Shown: one piece after another, positions 26,614-34,535 of the stretch
How the letters are laid out: each line of letters begins with the position of its first letter
Numbering within the stretch: the first letter of the stretch is position 1
From: Eubacteriales bacterium
GTDB lineage: Bacteria > Bacillota > Clostridia > Oscillospirales > CAG-272
DNA: 39,284 nt
Reading direction: 5' to 3'
Assembly (NCBI GenBank): GCA_045613705.1
Contig: JAZLBM010000215.1
Location: 1 to 39,284, forward strand
Notes under the pieces: model-generated
The model's database searches: none
The model's input: the letters and a program-made list of their open reading frames with translations, nothing else
Told to the model about the DNA's origin: nothing
Program-made: the position numbers and the translations under genes

Positions 26614-26979
26614 ATGCCCGGAACCAGAAAACTTGGCAGAACAACTGCTCATAGAAAAGCAATGCTCCGCGGACTTGTTACGCTTTTGCTTGAGAATGGC
26701 AAGGTTGAGACCACTCTCACGAGAGCAAAGGAAGTTCGTTCGGTTGCAGAGAAGATGATCACGCTTGGTAAGAAGAATACTCTTGCAAGCCGCCGTAGCG
26801 CACTGGCTTACATCACCAAGGAAGATGTTGTAACCAAGCTCTTCAGCGAGATCGCTCCCAAGTACGAAAACCGCAATGGCGGATATACTCAGATCTTTAA
26901 GATGGGTCCCCGTAGAGGTGATGCAGCCGAGATGGCTATCATCAAGCTCGTTGACGAGGACGTAAAGACCGAGGCGTAA
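26614..26979 (+). CDS. rplQ: 50S ribosomal protein L17
   Basis: [35 protein letters not shown] is canonical bL17. It is the last gene of the alpha operon. Confidence 0.97.
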   Translation: MPGTRKLGRTTAHRKAMLRGLVTLLLENGKVETTLTRAKEVRSVAEKMITLGKKNTLASRRSALAYITKEDVVTKLFSEIAPKYENRNGGYTQIFKMGPRRGDAAEMAIIKLVDEDVKTEA

Positions 26980-26998
26980 TTGCTTCGATCAACAATAT

Positions 26999-27038
26999 GG
27001 GGTTGTCGTTTTTACGGCAACCCCGTGCTTTCGTTTTT
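26999..27038 (+). terminator. Intrinsic terminator of the ribosomal superoperon
   Basis: 10-bp stem GGGGTTGTCG / CGGCAACCCC with one G-U pair and a TTTTTA loop. T-rich GTGCTTTCGTTTTT follows. Confidence 0.65.
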
Positions 27039-27094
27039 ACCTTTTTCTATTGCATAAGACGCGGCGTAGCCGCTTTTCATAGAGGAGAAACCAT

Positions 27095-28486
27095 ATGCGT
27101 ACGCAAGTGGCAAAAACAAGAGGGCCGCACGCAAAAGACCTGACGAAGGGCAATCCCTATGCGCTGATCGTTGGCTTTGCGCTTCCGCTTCTCTTGAGCC
27201 AGATTTTCCAACAATTATATAACACCGCCGACTCTTTGATCGTAGGGCGGTTTCTTGGTACCGAGGCGCTGGCGGCGGTCAGCTCTTCGGGATCGGTCAT
27301 CTTTTTATTGACCAGCTTTTTTGATGGCACTGCAATGGGCGCAGGTGTTGTAATTTCCCGCTATTTTGGCGCAGGAGACGATGAACGGGCTTCGCGCGCC
27401 ATTCACACAACGCTGGCATTCGGCGCAGTGGCGGGCATATTTTTGACCTTTGCGGGCATTCTGTTCACGCCAACGCTTCTAACGTGGATGAATACCGATC
27501 CCGACGTTATGCCGAAGGCGGTGGAATATTTCCGCTATTACTTCTGCGGAGCCTTGGCGCTGATCCTGTATAACATCTGCCGCGGTATTATGAGCGCTTT
27601 GGGTGACAGTAGACGCCCCTTGTATTATCTGATCTTCTCGTCGGTGCTGAACGTGCTCCTCGACTTACTTTTTGTGGGTGTATTCCACTTCGACGTATGG
27701 TCGGCGGCTATCGCAACCGTAATCTCCCAGGTAGCAAGCGTGGTGCTCTGTATGGTGCATCTGGTGCGCCGTGAGGATGCCTTCCGCGTGCATCTTCGCA
27801 GAATTCGCTTCCACTTGGATATGCTTGGGGAAATCATCCGCTACGGACTTCCCGCAGGTGTGCAGAACTCGGTGATTGCGCTGGCAAACGTTATGGTACT
27901 GTCTCAGATCAATTCCTTTGGTAAGTTTGCGACGGCGGCCTTTGGCTCACACGCCAAGGTGGAGGGCTTTGCCTTTATGCCCATTATCAGCTTCAATATG
28001 GCGATAACCACCTTTATCGGGCAGAACCTTGGTGCGAAGCAATACGACCGCGCCAAGAAGGGTGCGCGCTTTGGAATTTGTACCGCCGTGGTGCTGGCTG
28101 AAGCGGTTGGACTGATCTATTACTTGCTGGCGCCCCATCTGATCGCTGCTTTTGATAGCACACCCGAGGTCATTGCAATGGGCGTGCAGCAGGCGCGCAC
28201 AGCCGCACTCTTCTATTGTCTCCTGTCCTTGTCTCATTCGATTGCGGCCGTTTGCCGCGGATCGGGAAGGGCATTCGTCCCTATGCTTGTCATGCTTTCG
28301 ATATGGTGTGTGTTCCGCATTGCCTATATCCAATTCGTGATGACGCGCTTCGGTGAAATTGAGTACATATATTGGGCATATCCCCTTACGTGGGCTATCA
28401 GCTCGGTCATTTATCTATTGTACTATCTTTGCTCCGATTGGACGCATGGATTTGAAAAGAAGCAGAAAAAACAGAAAACGGCATAA
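27095..28486 (+). CDS. MATE family efflux transporter
   Basis: 463 aa, 12-TM pattern, and a typical MATE N-terminus (NPYALIVGFALPLLLSQIFQQLYNTADSLIVGRFLG). GAGGAG SD. Confidence 0.88.
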   Translation: MRTQVAKTRGPHAKDLTKGNPYALIVGFALPLLLSQIFQQLYNTADSLIVGRFLGTEALAAVSSSGSVIFLLTSFFDGTAMGAGVVISRYFGAGDDERASRAIHTTLAFGAVAGIFLTFAGILFTPTLLTWMNTDPDVMPKAVEYFRYYFCGALALILYNICRGIMSALGDSRRPLYYLIFSSVLNVLLDLLFVGVFHFDVWSAAIATVISQVASVVLCMVHLVRREDAFRVHLRRIRFHLDMLGEIIRYGLPAGVQNSVIALANVMVLSQINSFGKFATAAFGSHAKVEGFAFMPIISFNMAITTFIGQNLGAKQYDRAKKGARFGICTAVVLAEAVGLIYYLLAPHLIAAFDSTPEVIAMGVQQARTAALFYCLLSLSHSIAAVCRGSGRAFVPMLVMLSIWCVFRIAYIQFVMTRFGEIEYIYWAYPLTWAISSVIYLLYYLCSDWTHGFEKKQKKQKTA

Positions 28487-28487
28487 G

Positions 28488-28523
28488 AAAAGCCCCGCTT
28501 CCACGGAAGCGGGGCTTGTTTTT
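28488..28523. terminator. Bidirectional intrinsic terminator between the MATE and permease genes
   Basis: 12-bp stem AAGCCCCGCTTC / GAAGCGGGGCTT with a CACG loop. It has A-rich and T-rich flanks on both sides, and lies between convergent stop codons at 28486 and 28529. Confidence 0.85.
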
Positions 28524-28528
28524 GCGAA

Positions 28529-29902
28529 TTATTCGTCGTTCTTTCTTGCCTTGTTAACCATGATGTTAACGAGGATACCAAGGATCAGTGCGCAAGCGGT
28601 GGTGGTAAGGGTAACCTTGCCGATAGCAAGTGCCATACCGCCGATACCGGTGATCAGGATAACCGATGCGGTGAAGAGGTTTGCGCTGGACTCAAGATCT
28701 ACCTTCTGGATCATCTTAAGACCGGATACGGCGATGAAGCCGTACAGGGTGATACAAACGCCGCCCATTACGCAACCGGGAATGGAATCCAGGAATGCTA
28801 CGAAGGGGGAGATGAAGGAGATCAGCATGGACATAATTGCGGTGGTGGTGATGGTAACAACGGAAGCGTTTCTGGTGATCGCTACGCAACCGACAGACTC
28901 ACCGTAGGTGGTGTTGGGGCATCCGCCGAAGAGTGCTCCGACGATGGAACCAACGCCGTCACCCAGAAGGGTGCGATGGAGACCGGGCTCCTCAAGCAGG
29001 TCGTGCTCGATGATGGAGGAAAGGTTCTTATGGTCAGCAATGTGCTCTGCAAATACAACGAAAGCAACGGGAACGTATGCTACCGCGATGGTGATTACGT
29101 AAGACCAGTTGAACTCGTTTACACCCTTGAGTGCCTTCAGGAAGGAGAACTCAGGAAGAGCAACGAAGGTGCTGAGATTTACACCGTCAGCAACGAGAGC
29201 CTTGAAGGGAGCGAAGTCAACGATCATAAGGGCGGTGTTGTCAGTAGCCATACCGATGAGGGTAAAGATAAGACCAACAACGTAACCGGACATAATACCG
29301 ATAATGAAGGGGATCAGCTTTGCCATCTTCTTACCGTAAGTGGAGCAGAGGATAACAACTGCGAGAGTAACAAGTGCGCAGATCAGGGATACCCAAAGGT
29401 TGGTGGACATGATGAAGGAACCGTTTCCGTCCTGGGGACCGTAGGAGAATACGTCCTTAACAGCGGCACCCGCAAGGGAAAGTCCGATCAGGGCAACCGT
29501 GGGGCCGATAACAACAGGAGGCATAAGCTTGTTGATCCAGTTAACACCGGCAAACTTAACAACGATGGCGATCACAACGTAAACAAGTCCTGCGAAGATG
29601 GCACCCAGGAGCAAACCGAAGAAGCCGAGGGTCATCGAGGTTGCGCCTGCGAAAGCGGCCAACATGGGCGGAATGAATGCGAAGGACGAGCCAAGGAAAA
29701 CGGGGCTGCGGAACTTGGTGAAGAGCTGGTAAATAAGAGTACCTGCACCTGCGCCGAACAGAGCGGCAGATGCGGTCATACCGTTTCCTACGATAGCGGG
29801 AACGGCGATGGTAGCCGCCATGATGGCGAGCAGCTGCTGGAATGCGAAGACAAGCATCTGGTTGAATTTGGGCTTGTCATTCACTTGGTAGACCAATTTC
29901 AT
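28529..29902 (-). CDS. NCS2-family nucleobase:cation symporter (uracil/xanthine permease-like)
   Basis: 457 aa and polytopic. The N-terminus (QMLVFAFQQLLAIMAATIAVPAIVG) and the TTYGESVGCVAITRNASV segment are typical of uracil-xanthine permeases. AGGAGG SD. Substrate cannot be assigned from sequence alone. Confidence 0.85.
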   Translation of the reverse strand: MKLVYQVNDKPKFNQMLVFAFQQLLAIMAATIAVPAIVGNGMTASAALFGAGAGTLIYQLFTKFRSPVFLGSSFAFIPPMLAAFAGATSMTLGFFGLLLGAIFAGLVYVVIAIVVKFAGVNWINKLMPPVVIGPTVALIGLSLAGAAVKDVFSYGPQDGNGSFIMSTNLWVSLICALVTLAVVILCSTYGKKMAKLIPFIIGIMSGYVVGLIFTLIGMATDNTALMIVDFAPFKALVADGVNLSTFVALPEFSFLKALKGVNEFNWSYVITIAVAYVPVAFVVFAEHIADHKNLSSIIEHDLLEEPGLHRTLLGDGVGSIVGALFGGCPNTTYGESVGCVAITRNASVVTITTTAIMSMLISFISPFVAFLDSIPGCVMGGVCITLYGFIAVSGLKMIQKVDLESSANLFTASVILITGIGGMALAIGKVTLTTTACALILGILVNIMVNKARKNDE

Positions 29903-29991
29903 GTTTTTCCTCCTGCTTGCGCAACGTATTGCGCGATATTGAATTATTTATCGAAACGGGTTCTCCCGAATCAACCAAAGAGAAATCTTGC

Positions 29992-30024
29992 AAAAAAAGA
30001 AAACCTTGCCGAAGGACAAGATTT
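29992..30024 (-). terminator. Leader (attenuator-type) intrinsic terminator upstream of the permease gene
   Basis: On the minus-strand RNA: AAAUCUUGUC, loop CUUC, GGCAAGGUUU (10 bp, two G-U pairs), followed by UCUUUUUUU. It lies about 90 nt upstream of ATG 29902 and about 70 nt downstream of the predicted transcription start. Confidence 0.6.
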
Positions 30025-30101
30025 GTTCAACCTGTGCGCGAGGCGCATACTATAAGGATAGAACCTTGCCGTAAAACTTCACTGCCGCTTCCTTTTTTGT
30101 T

Positions 30102-30130
30102 AGTATATCACAAGAGGATGGTATTGTCAA
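30102..30130 (-). promoter_or_regulatory. Candidate sigma-A promoter of the permease gene
   Basis: Minus strand reads TTGACA (30130-30125), 17-nt spacer, TGaTATACT extended -10 (30107-30102). Confidence 0.55.
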
Positions 30131-30194
30131 TCGGTTTTTTGTGATTTGTGTCGATTTTTGTTTGCCGTGGATAGAGCGGTTCGGGAAAAAGGTG

Positions 30195-30223
30195 TTGACA
30201 AAAAGCGAGAGAGGGGATATAAT
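30195..30223 (+). promoter_or_regulatory. Candidate sigma-A promoter of the rpiR...ispH::S1 operon
   Basis: TTGACA (30195-30200), 17-nt spacer, TATAAT (30218-30223), about 45 nt upstream of ATG 30268. It is divergent from the permease promoter. Confidence 0.55.
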
Positions 30224-30267
30224 GAACGTATATCGATTTTGCAGGATATTCGGGAGGAAATTTCTCA

Positions 30268-31122
30268 ATGCCGTCCAATTTGTTACGTGAAATAGAAGCG
30301 CGCTTTGACGGATTTTCAAAAGGTCAGAAAAGCATTGCTCAATATATTCTGGAGCACTATGAGAAGGCCGCGTTTATGACGGCGGCACAGCTTGGCAACC
30401 TTGCCGCGGTGTCGGAGTCTACCGTCGTCCGTTTTGCGGATGAGCTTGGCTACGCAGGTTATCCTGCTTTGAGAAGGGCCCTTCGCGAGCTTGTACACAC
30501 CAATCTTACCTCCTTCCAGCGCGTGGAGGTTGCCGATACCATCATTGGCGATAAGGACGTGCTTGAGCAGGTTCTCGTGTCCGACGCGGAGAAGATCCGC
30601 AAGACGCTGGATACCATTGACCGTATCGCCTTCAACGATGCGGTGGACAACATCATTTGCGCCAAGCGCATCTATATTATCGGCGTGCGCTCCTCGGCAA
30701 CGCTGGCAGGATTCTTGCATTATAACCTGCAGATGGTGTTTGACAATCTGACGCTTGTACAGACGACCTCCGGTAACGAAATGCTGGAGCAGATCATGAG
30801 AGTGGGAGAGGGCGACGTCGTGATTGCCATCAGCTTCCCTCGCTATTCCAAGCGCATTATCAAGGCGGTAGAGTTTGCCAAGAGCAACGGAGCCGACGTA
30901 GTGGCGCTGACCGACCGTGTAACCTCGCCCATCGCCAAGGAAGCGGATCAGCTTCTGACCGCCAACAGCGATATGGCATCTTTTGTTGACTCTTTGGTAG
31001 CACCCCTCAGCATTATCAATGCGATCGTTGCCGCGGTCACGAGAAAGAAGAGAGACGAGATCACCGAGCGTCTCAAGAAATTGGAAGAAATCTGGGACGA
31101 ATACGATGTGTACGATAAATGA
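30268..31122 (+). CDS. MurR/RpiR family transcriptional regulator (HTH plus SIS domain)
   Basis: 284 aa. The N-terminal RpiR-type HTH is FSKGQKSIAQYILEHYEKAAFMTAAQLGNLAAVSESTVVRFADELGYAGY. The C-terminal SIS fold is RIYIIGVRSSATLAGF. Confidence 0.88.
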   Translation: MPSNLLREIEARFDGFSKGQKSIAQYILEHYEKAAFMTAAQLGNLAAVSESTVVRFADELGYAGYPALRRALRELVHTNLTSFQRVEVADTIIGDKDVLEQVLVSDAEKIRKTLDTIDRIAFNDAVDNIICAKRIYIIGVRSSATLAGFLHYNLQMVFDNLTLVQTTSGNEMLEQIMRVGEGDVVIAISFPRYSKRIIKAVEFAKSNGADVVALTDRVTSPIAKEADQLLTANSDMASFVDSLVAPLSIINAIVAAVTRKKRDEITERLKKLEEIWDEYDVYDK

Positions 31123-32371
31123 AGAATTTGACTGTCGCCACGTGATCGTGATTGGCGGCGGCGCCGCCGGAATGATGGCGGCCGTCAAGGCGGCGGATAT
31201 GGGGGCGAGAGTCACCCTGCTTGAAAAAAACGATAGAATGGGAAAAAAGCTTCGCATCACGGGTAAGGGAAGATGCAATCTGACCAACGACTGTGAGATC
31301 GAAGAGTTTATGAAGAACGTTCCCACCAATCCCCGATTCCTTTACGGTGCCCTGAACCGCTTTTCCCCCGAGGACACCAAGGCCTTTTTTGAGGATCTTG
31401 GCGTTCCGCTGAAGACCGAGAGAGGCAAGCGCGTCTTTCCTTGCTCGGATCGGGCGGAGGATATCGTAAGCGCCCTTGTAAAGGCTTGCCGCGAGCGCGG
31501 TGTGAGGTTCGTTCAGAAAAACGTGACCGGCCTTCTCGAGGAGAACGGTGCCGTCGTCGGTGTGCGCGCGGGAGACGAGACCTTCCGCGGTGATGCCGTG
31601 ATCGTTTGTACCGGCGGCGCGTCTTACCGACAGACGGGCTCTGACGGTGCAGGCTACCGATTTGCCAAGCAAATGGGTCTTACGGTTACGCCCATTATTC
31701 CGTCCCTTGTGCCTCTTGTGTCGGGCGACAAATGGTGCCCCCGGATGCAGGGACTTTCCCTGAAGAATGTTTCTATGGAAATTTACGATAAAGAAGCAAA
31801 GAAGACGGTATTTACTGATTTCGGTGAGATGATGTTTACCCATTTCGGCATTACCGGCCCCCTTGTGCTTTCCGCCTCGGCACACCTCCTTGACGTGGAT
31901 TCGGGCAAATACGAGGCGCGCATCGACCTCAAGCCCGCGCTTGATGAGAAAACCCTGGATGCTCGATTGCTTCAGGACTTTGCTATGTTTGCCAATCGGG
32001 ATTTTGCCAATGCGCTGGATCGCCTGTTGCCGCAGAAAATGATCCCCGTGATCATTGCCCGTTCCGGCATTGATCCTCACAAAAAGGTCAATTCTGTTAC
32101 AAAAGAGGAGAGACAAAGCCTTTGTCACCTTCTCAAGTGCTTCTCCGTATCCATAGATGGCTTCCGTCCCATCAATGAGGCTATCATTACCAAGGGCGGC
32201 GTGGACGTGAAGCAGATCCGTCCCGGCACCATGAATGCCAAGGGCATCCCGGGTCTGTATTTTGCAGGCGAGGTGCTTGACGTGGATGCTTATACGGGCG
32301 GCTTCAATCTTCAGATCGCATTTTCTACCGCCGTTGTGGCAGGCGAAAGCGCCGCCATCGGCGACGAATGA
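31106..32371 (+). CDS. NAD(P)/FAD-dependent oxidoreductase, BaiN/HI0933-like flavoprotein family
   Basis: Start taken at ATG 31106, overlapping the rpiR end by 17 nt. It has the Rossmann motif VIVIGGGAAGMMAA and then the family motif GKKLRITGKGRCNLTN. The track ORF start at 31019 lies inside rpiR. Confidence 0.8.
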   Translation: MCTINEEFDCRHVIVIGGGAAGMMAAVKAADMGARVTLLEKNDRMGKKLRITGKGRCNLTNDCEIEEFMKNVPTNPRFLYGALNRFSPEDTKAFFEDLGVPLKTERGKRVFPCSDRAEDIVSALVKACRERGVRFVQKNVTGLLEENGAVVGVRAGDETFRGDAVIVCTGGASYRQTGSDGAGYRFAKQMGLTVTPIIPSLVPLVSGDKWCPRMQGLSLKNVSMEIYDKEAKKTVFTDFGEMMFTHFGITGPLVLSASAHLLDVDSGKYEARIDLKPALDEKTLDARLLQDFAMFANRDFANALDRLLPQKMIPVIIARSGIDPHKKVNSVTKEERQSLCHLLKCFSVSIDGFRPINEAIITKGGVDVKQIRPGTMNAKGIPGLYFAGEVLDVDAYTGGFNLQIAFSTAVVAGESAAIGDE

Positions 32372-32383
32372 TAAGGAGTACCT

Positions 32384-33217
32384 ATGAAATTTCAGTTTCT
32401 CGGAACGGCGGCGGCCGAAGGAATCCCCGCGTTCTTCTGTAATTGCGAACGATGCGTGCGCTCCCGCGAGATCGGGGGAAGGGCACTTCGTACCCGCTCT
32501 CAGGCGATTATCGACGATACGCTTTTACTGGATTTTCCGTCCGACACGTTGGCACATACTTACCATTGCAATATCGACCTTTTGAAGGTCGCGCATTGCT
32601 TTATTACCCACACCCACGAAGACCATCTGTACCCTGAGGATCTGGCCAATCTCCGTCCCGGTTTCGGTCATACGCCCGATGGGTGGCACTTGAATTTTTA
32701 CGGCTCCGAAAAGGTATCGGAAAAGGTAACGCCTGTGCTTGGAGGAAAGATAGCCGAGATGAATATCGCCTCCTTCCATACACTTTCTCCCTTCGAGACG
32801 GTGGTGGCGGGAAAATATACCGTGACGGCGCTTCCCGGCCGACACGCCTCCTATTCGGGACCTCTTTTCTATATGATCTTTGACGGAGAGAAGAGAGTGC
32901 TCTACGCCCACGATACCCATTATTTTATGGACGAGGTGTGGGAGTATTTTGAGAGAGAAAAGCCCCGTTTTGATATGGTTTCTCTGGATTGCACCAACGC
33001 TTGCTTGCCCTTGACCTACGTGGGTCATATGGGACTTGCCGAGAACGTGCAGGTTCGCGCAAGAATGCTTGAAATGGGTCTTGCGGACGACAAAACGGTA
33101 TTTGTCTGTAACCATTTTTCTCATAACGGCACGAGCGTCGTGTACGACGATTTCGTTCCGCTTGCCGCCGCCGAGGGCTTCCTCGTTTCGTATGACGGCA
33201 TGATTCTGAACGTATAA
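32384..33217 (+). CDS. MBL-fold metallo-hydrolase (PhnP-like)
   Basis: 277 aa with the HxHxDH motif (ITHTHEDH) and an N-terminal Cys cluster (CNCERC). Substrate unknown. Confidence 0.8.
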   Translation: MKFQFLGTAAAEGIPAFFCNCERCVRSREIGGRALRTRSQAIIDDTLLLDFPSDTLAHTYHCNIDLLKVAHCFITHTHEDHLYPEDLANLRPGFGHTPDGWHLNFYGSEKVSEKVTPVLGGKIAEMNIASFHTLSPFETVVAGKYTVTALPGRHASYSGPLFYMIFDGEKRVLYAHDTHYFMDEVWEYFEREKPRFDMVSLDCTNACLPLTYVGHMGLAENVQVRARMLEMGLADDKTVFVCNHFSHNGTSVVYDDFVPLAAAEGFLVSYDGMILNV

Positions 33218-33228
33218 AGGAGTTATTT

Positions 33229-33900
33229 ATGTTTAAGATCGCAATTGACGGCCCCAGCGGCGCAGGCAAAAGCAGCATCGCAAAGGCCCTCGCAAAGCAT
33301 ATGGGCATCGTTTACGTGGATACGGGCGCACTGTACCGCACCATCGGCTATTACGTTCGCAGTAAGGGCGTAAATCCCAAGGACGGAGAGGGTGTGACCC
33401 AACTTTTGCCCGAGATCCGTATTGAGGTGAAGTACGAAAACGGCTCTCAGTACGTGTACCTGAACGGTGAAAATCTCGGCGACAGAATCCGCGAGCCCGA
33501 AATCTCTATGTACGCCTCCGCCGTTTCGGCCATTCCCACCGTCCGCGAGTTCCTCTTGGAGACCCAGCGCTCCATCGCCCGCACCAACAGCGTGGTTATG
33601 GACGGACGCGACATCGGTACGGTGATCCTTCCCGACGCCGAGGTCAAGATCTTCCTGACCGCCTCTGACGAGTGCCGCGCTATGCGCCGTTGCCTTGAGC
33701 TGAAGGAGAAGGGGATGGAGACCTCCTACGAAGAGGTTCTTGCCGATATGCGCGAGCGTGATCATAACGATAAGAATCGCGCCGTGGCACCTGCCGTTCC
33801 CGCACCCGACGCCGTCTTCCTTGATAACTCCGGTTATACCGTGGAGGAAACCTTGGCAGAGGCTATGAAGATCATTAACGGAAAGCTGGCGAATCTCTGA
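33229..33900 (+). CDS. cmk: Cytidylate kinase
   Basis: IAIDGPSGAGKSSIAKALAKHMGIVYVDTGALYR is the canonical Cmk N-terminus. Confidence 0.94.
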   Translation: MFKIAIDGPSGAGKSSIAKALAKHMGIVYVDTGALYRTIGYYVRSKGVNPKDGEGVTQLLPEIRIEVKYENGSQYVYLNGENLGDRIREPEISMYASAVSAIPTVREFLLETQRSIARTNSVVMDGRDIGTVILPDAEVKIFLTASDECRAMRRCLELKEKGMETSYEEVLADMRERDHNDKNRAVAPAVPAPDAVFLDNSGYTVEETLAEAMKIINGKLANL

Positions 33901-34535
33901 TGAAACGTAGAAGCGATACTAAATTTCACCGATTTATTTGTTTCGCCTTTTCCCCCTTGTTCTACGGACTCTATCGCCTTCGCGTGATCGGTCGCGAGAA
34001 CGAGCCAAAGAAGGGAAGCTATCTGGTTTGCTCCAACCACATTTCTGCCGTGGATCCCATTCTCATCACCGCCGCGCTTAAGCGCCAGGTGTACTTTATG
34101 GGAAAGAAGGAGCTTTTTAAGATCCCGCTTTTGTCCTCGCTGATCCGTGCCCTCGGTGCTTTTCCCGTGGACAGACGTGGCGGTGACGTAAGCGCGGTCA
34201 AGCATTCCATCGCACTTTTGAAGGAAGGCAAATGTGTGGGTCTTTTCCCCCAGGGAACCCGACAGCCCGGTAAGGATCCTCGCGACACCTCGGTTCGTAA
34301 CGGCGCCGCGATGATCGCCTATCACGCGGATACCACCGTTCTTCCCGTGTTTATTTACCGTAAGGATCATACCCCCAAGCTGTTCCGAAAGACTACCGTT
34401 GCCATTGGCAAGCCCATTCCTTTCTCCGAGTTTGGCTACGATCCCGAGGCGAAGGGCGAGTACAATCGTATCTCTGCGGAGATCTTCGACCGAATTTGCG
34501 AGCTTGGTGAGGAGGCAAAGGCATGGCGGAAGTAA
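33900..34535 (+). CDS. plsC: 1-acyl-sn-glycerol-3-phosphate acyltransferase
   Basis: The ATG overlaps the cmk stop (TGATG). It has the acyltransferase HX4D motif (NHISAVDP) and the FPQGTR block. Confidence 0.88.
   Translation: MKRRSDTKFHRFICFAFSPLFYGLYRLRVIGRENEPKKGSYLVCSNHISAVDPILITAALKRQVYFMGKKELFKIPLLSSLIRALGAFPVDRRGGDVSAVKHSIALLKEGKCVGLFPQGTRQPGKDPRDTSVRNGAAMIAYHADTTVLPVFIYRKDHTPKLFRKTTVAIGKPIPFSEFGYDPEAKGEYNRISAEIFDRICELGEEAKAWRK

Noticed and set aside
29903-30100. A purine (guanine/adenine/xanthine) riboswitch or PyrR-binding attenuator upstream of the NCS2 permease.
   Set aside because: I could not find the conserved purine-riboswitch junction/loop sequences or the PyrR UCCAGAGAGG-type loop by eye. 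The leader is therefore reported only as an unassigned attenuator. A covariance-model search could overturn this.
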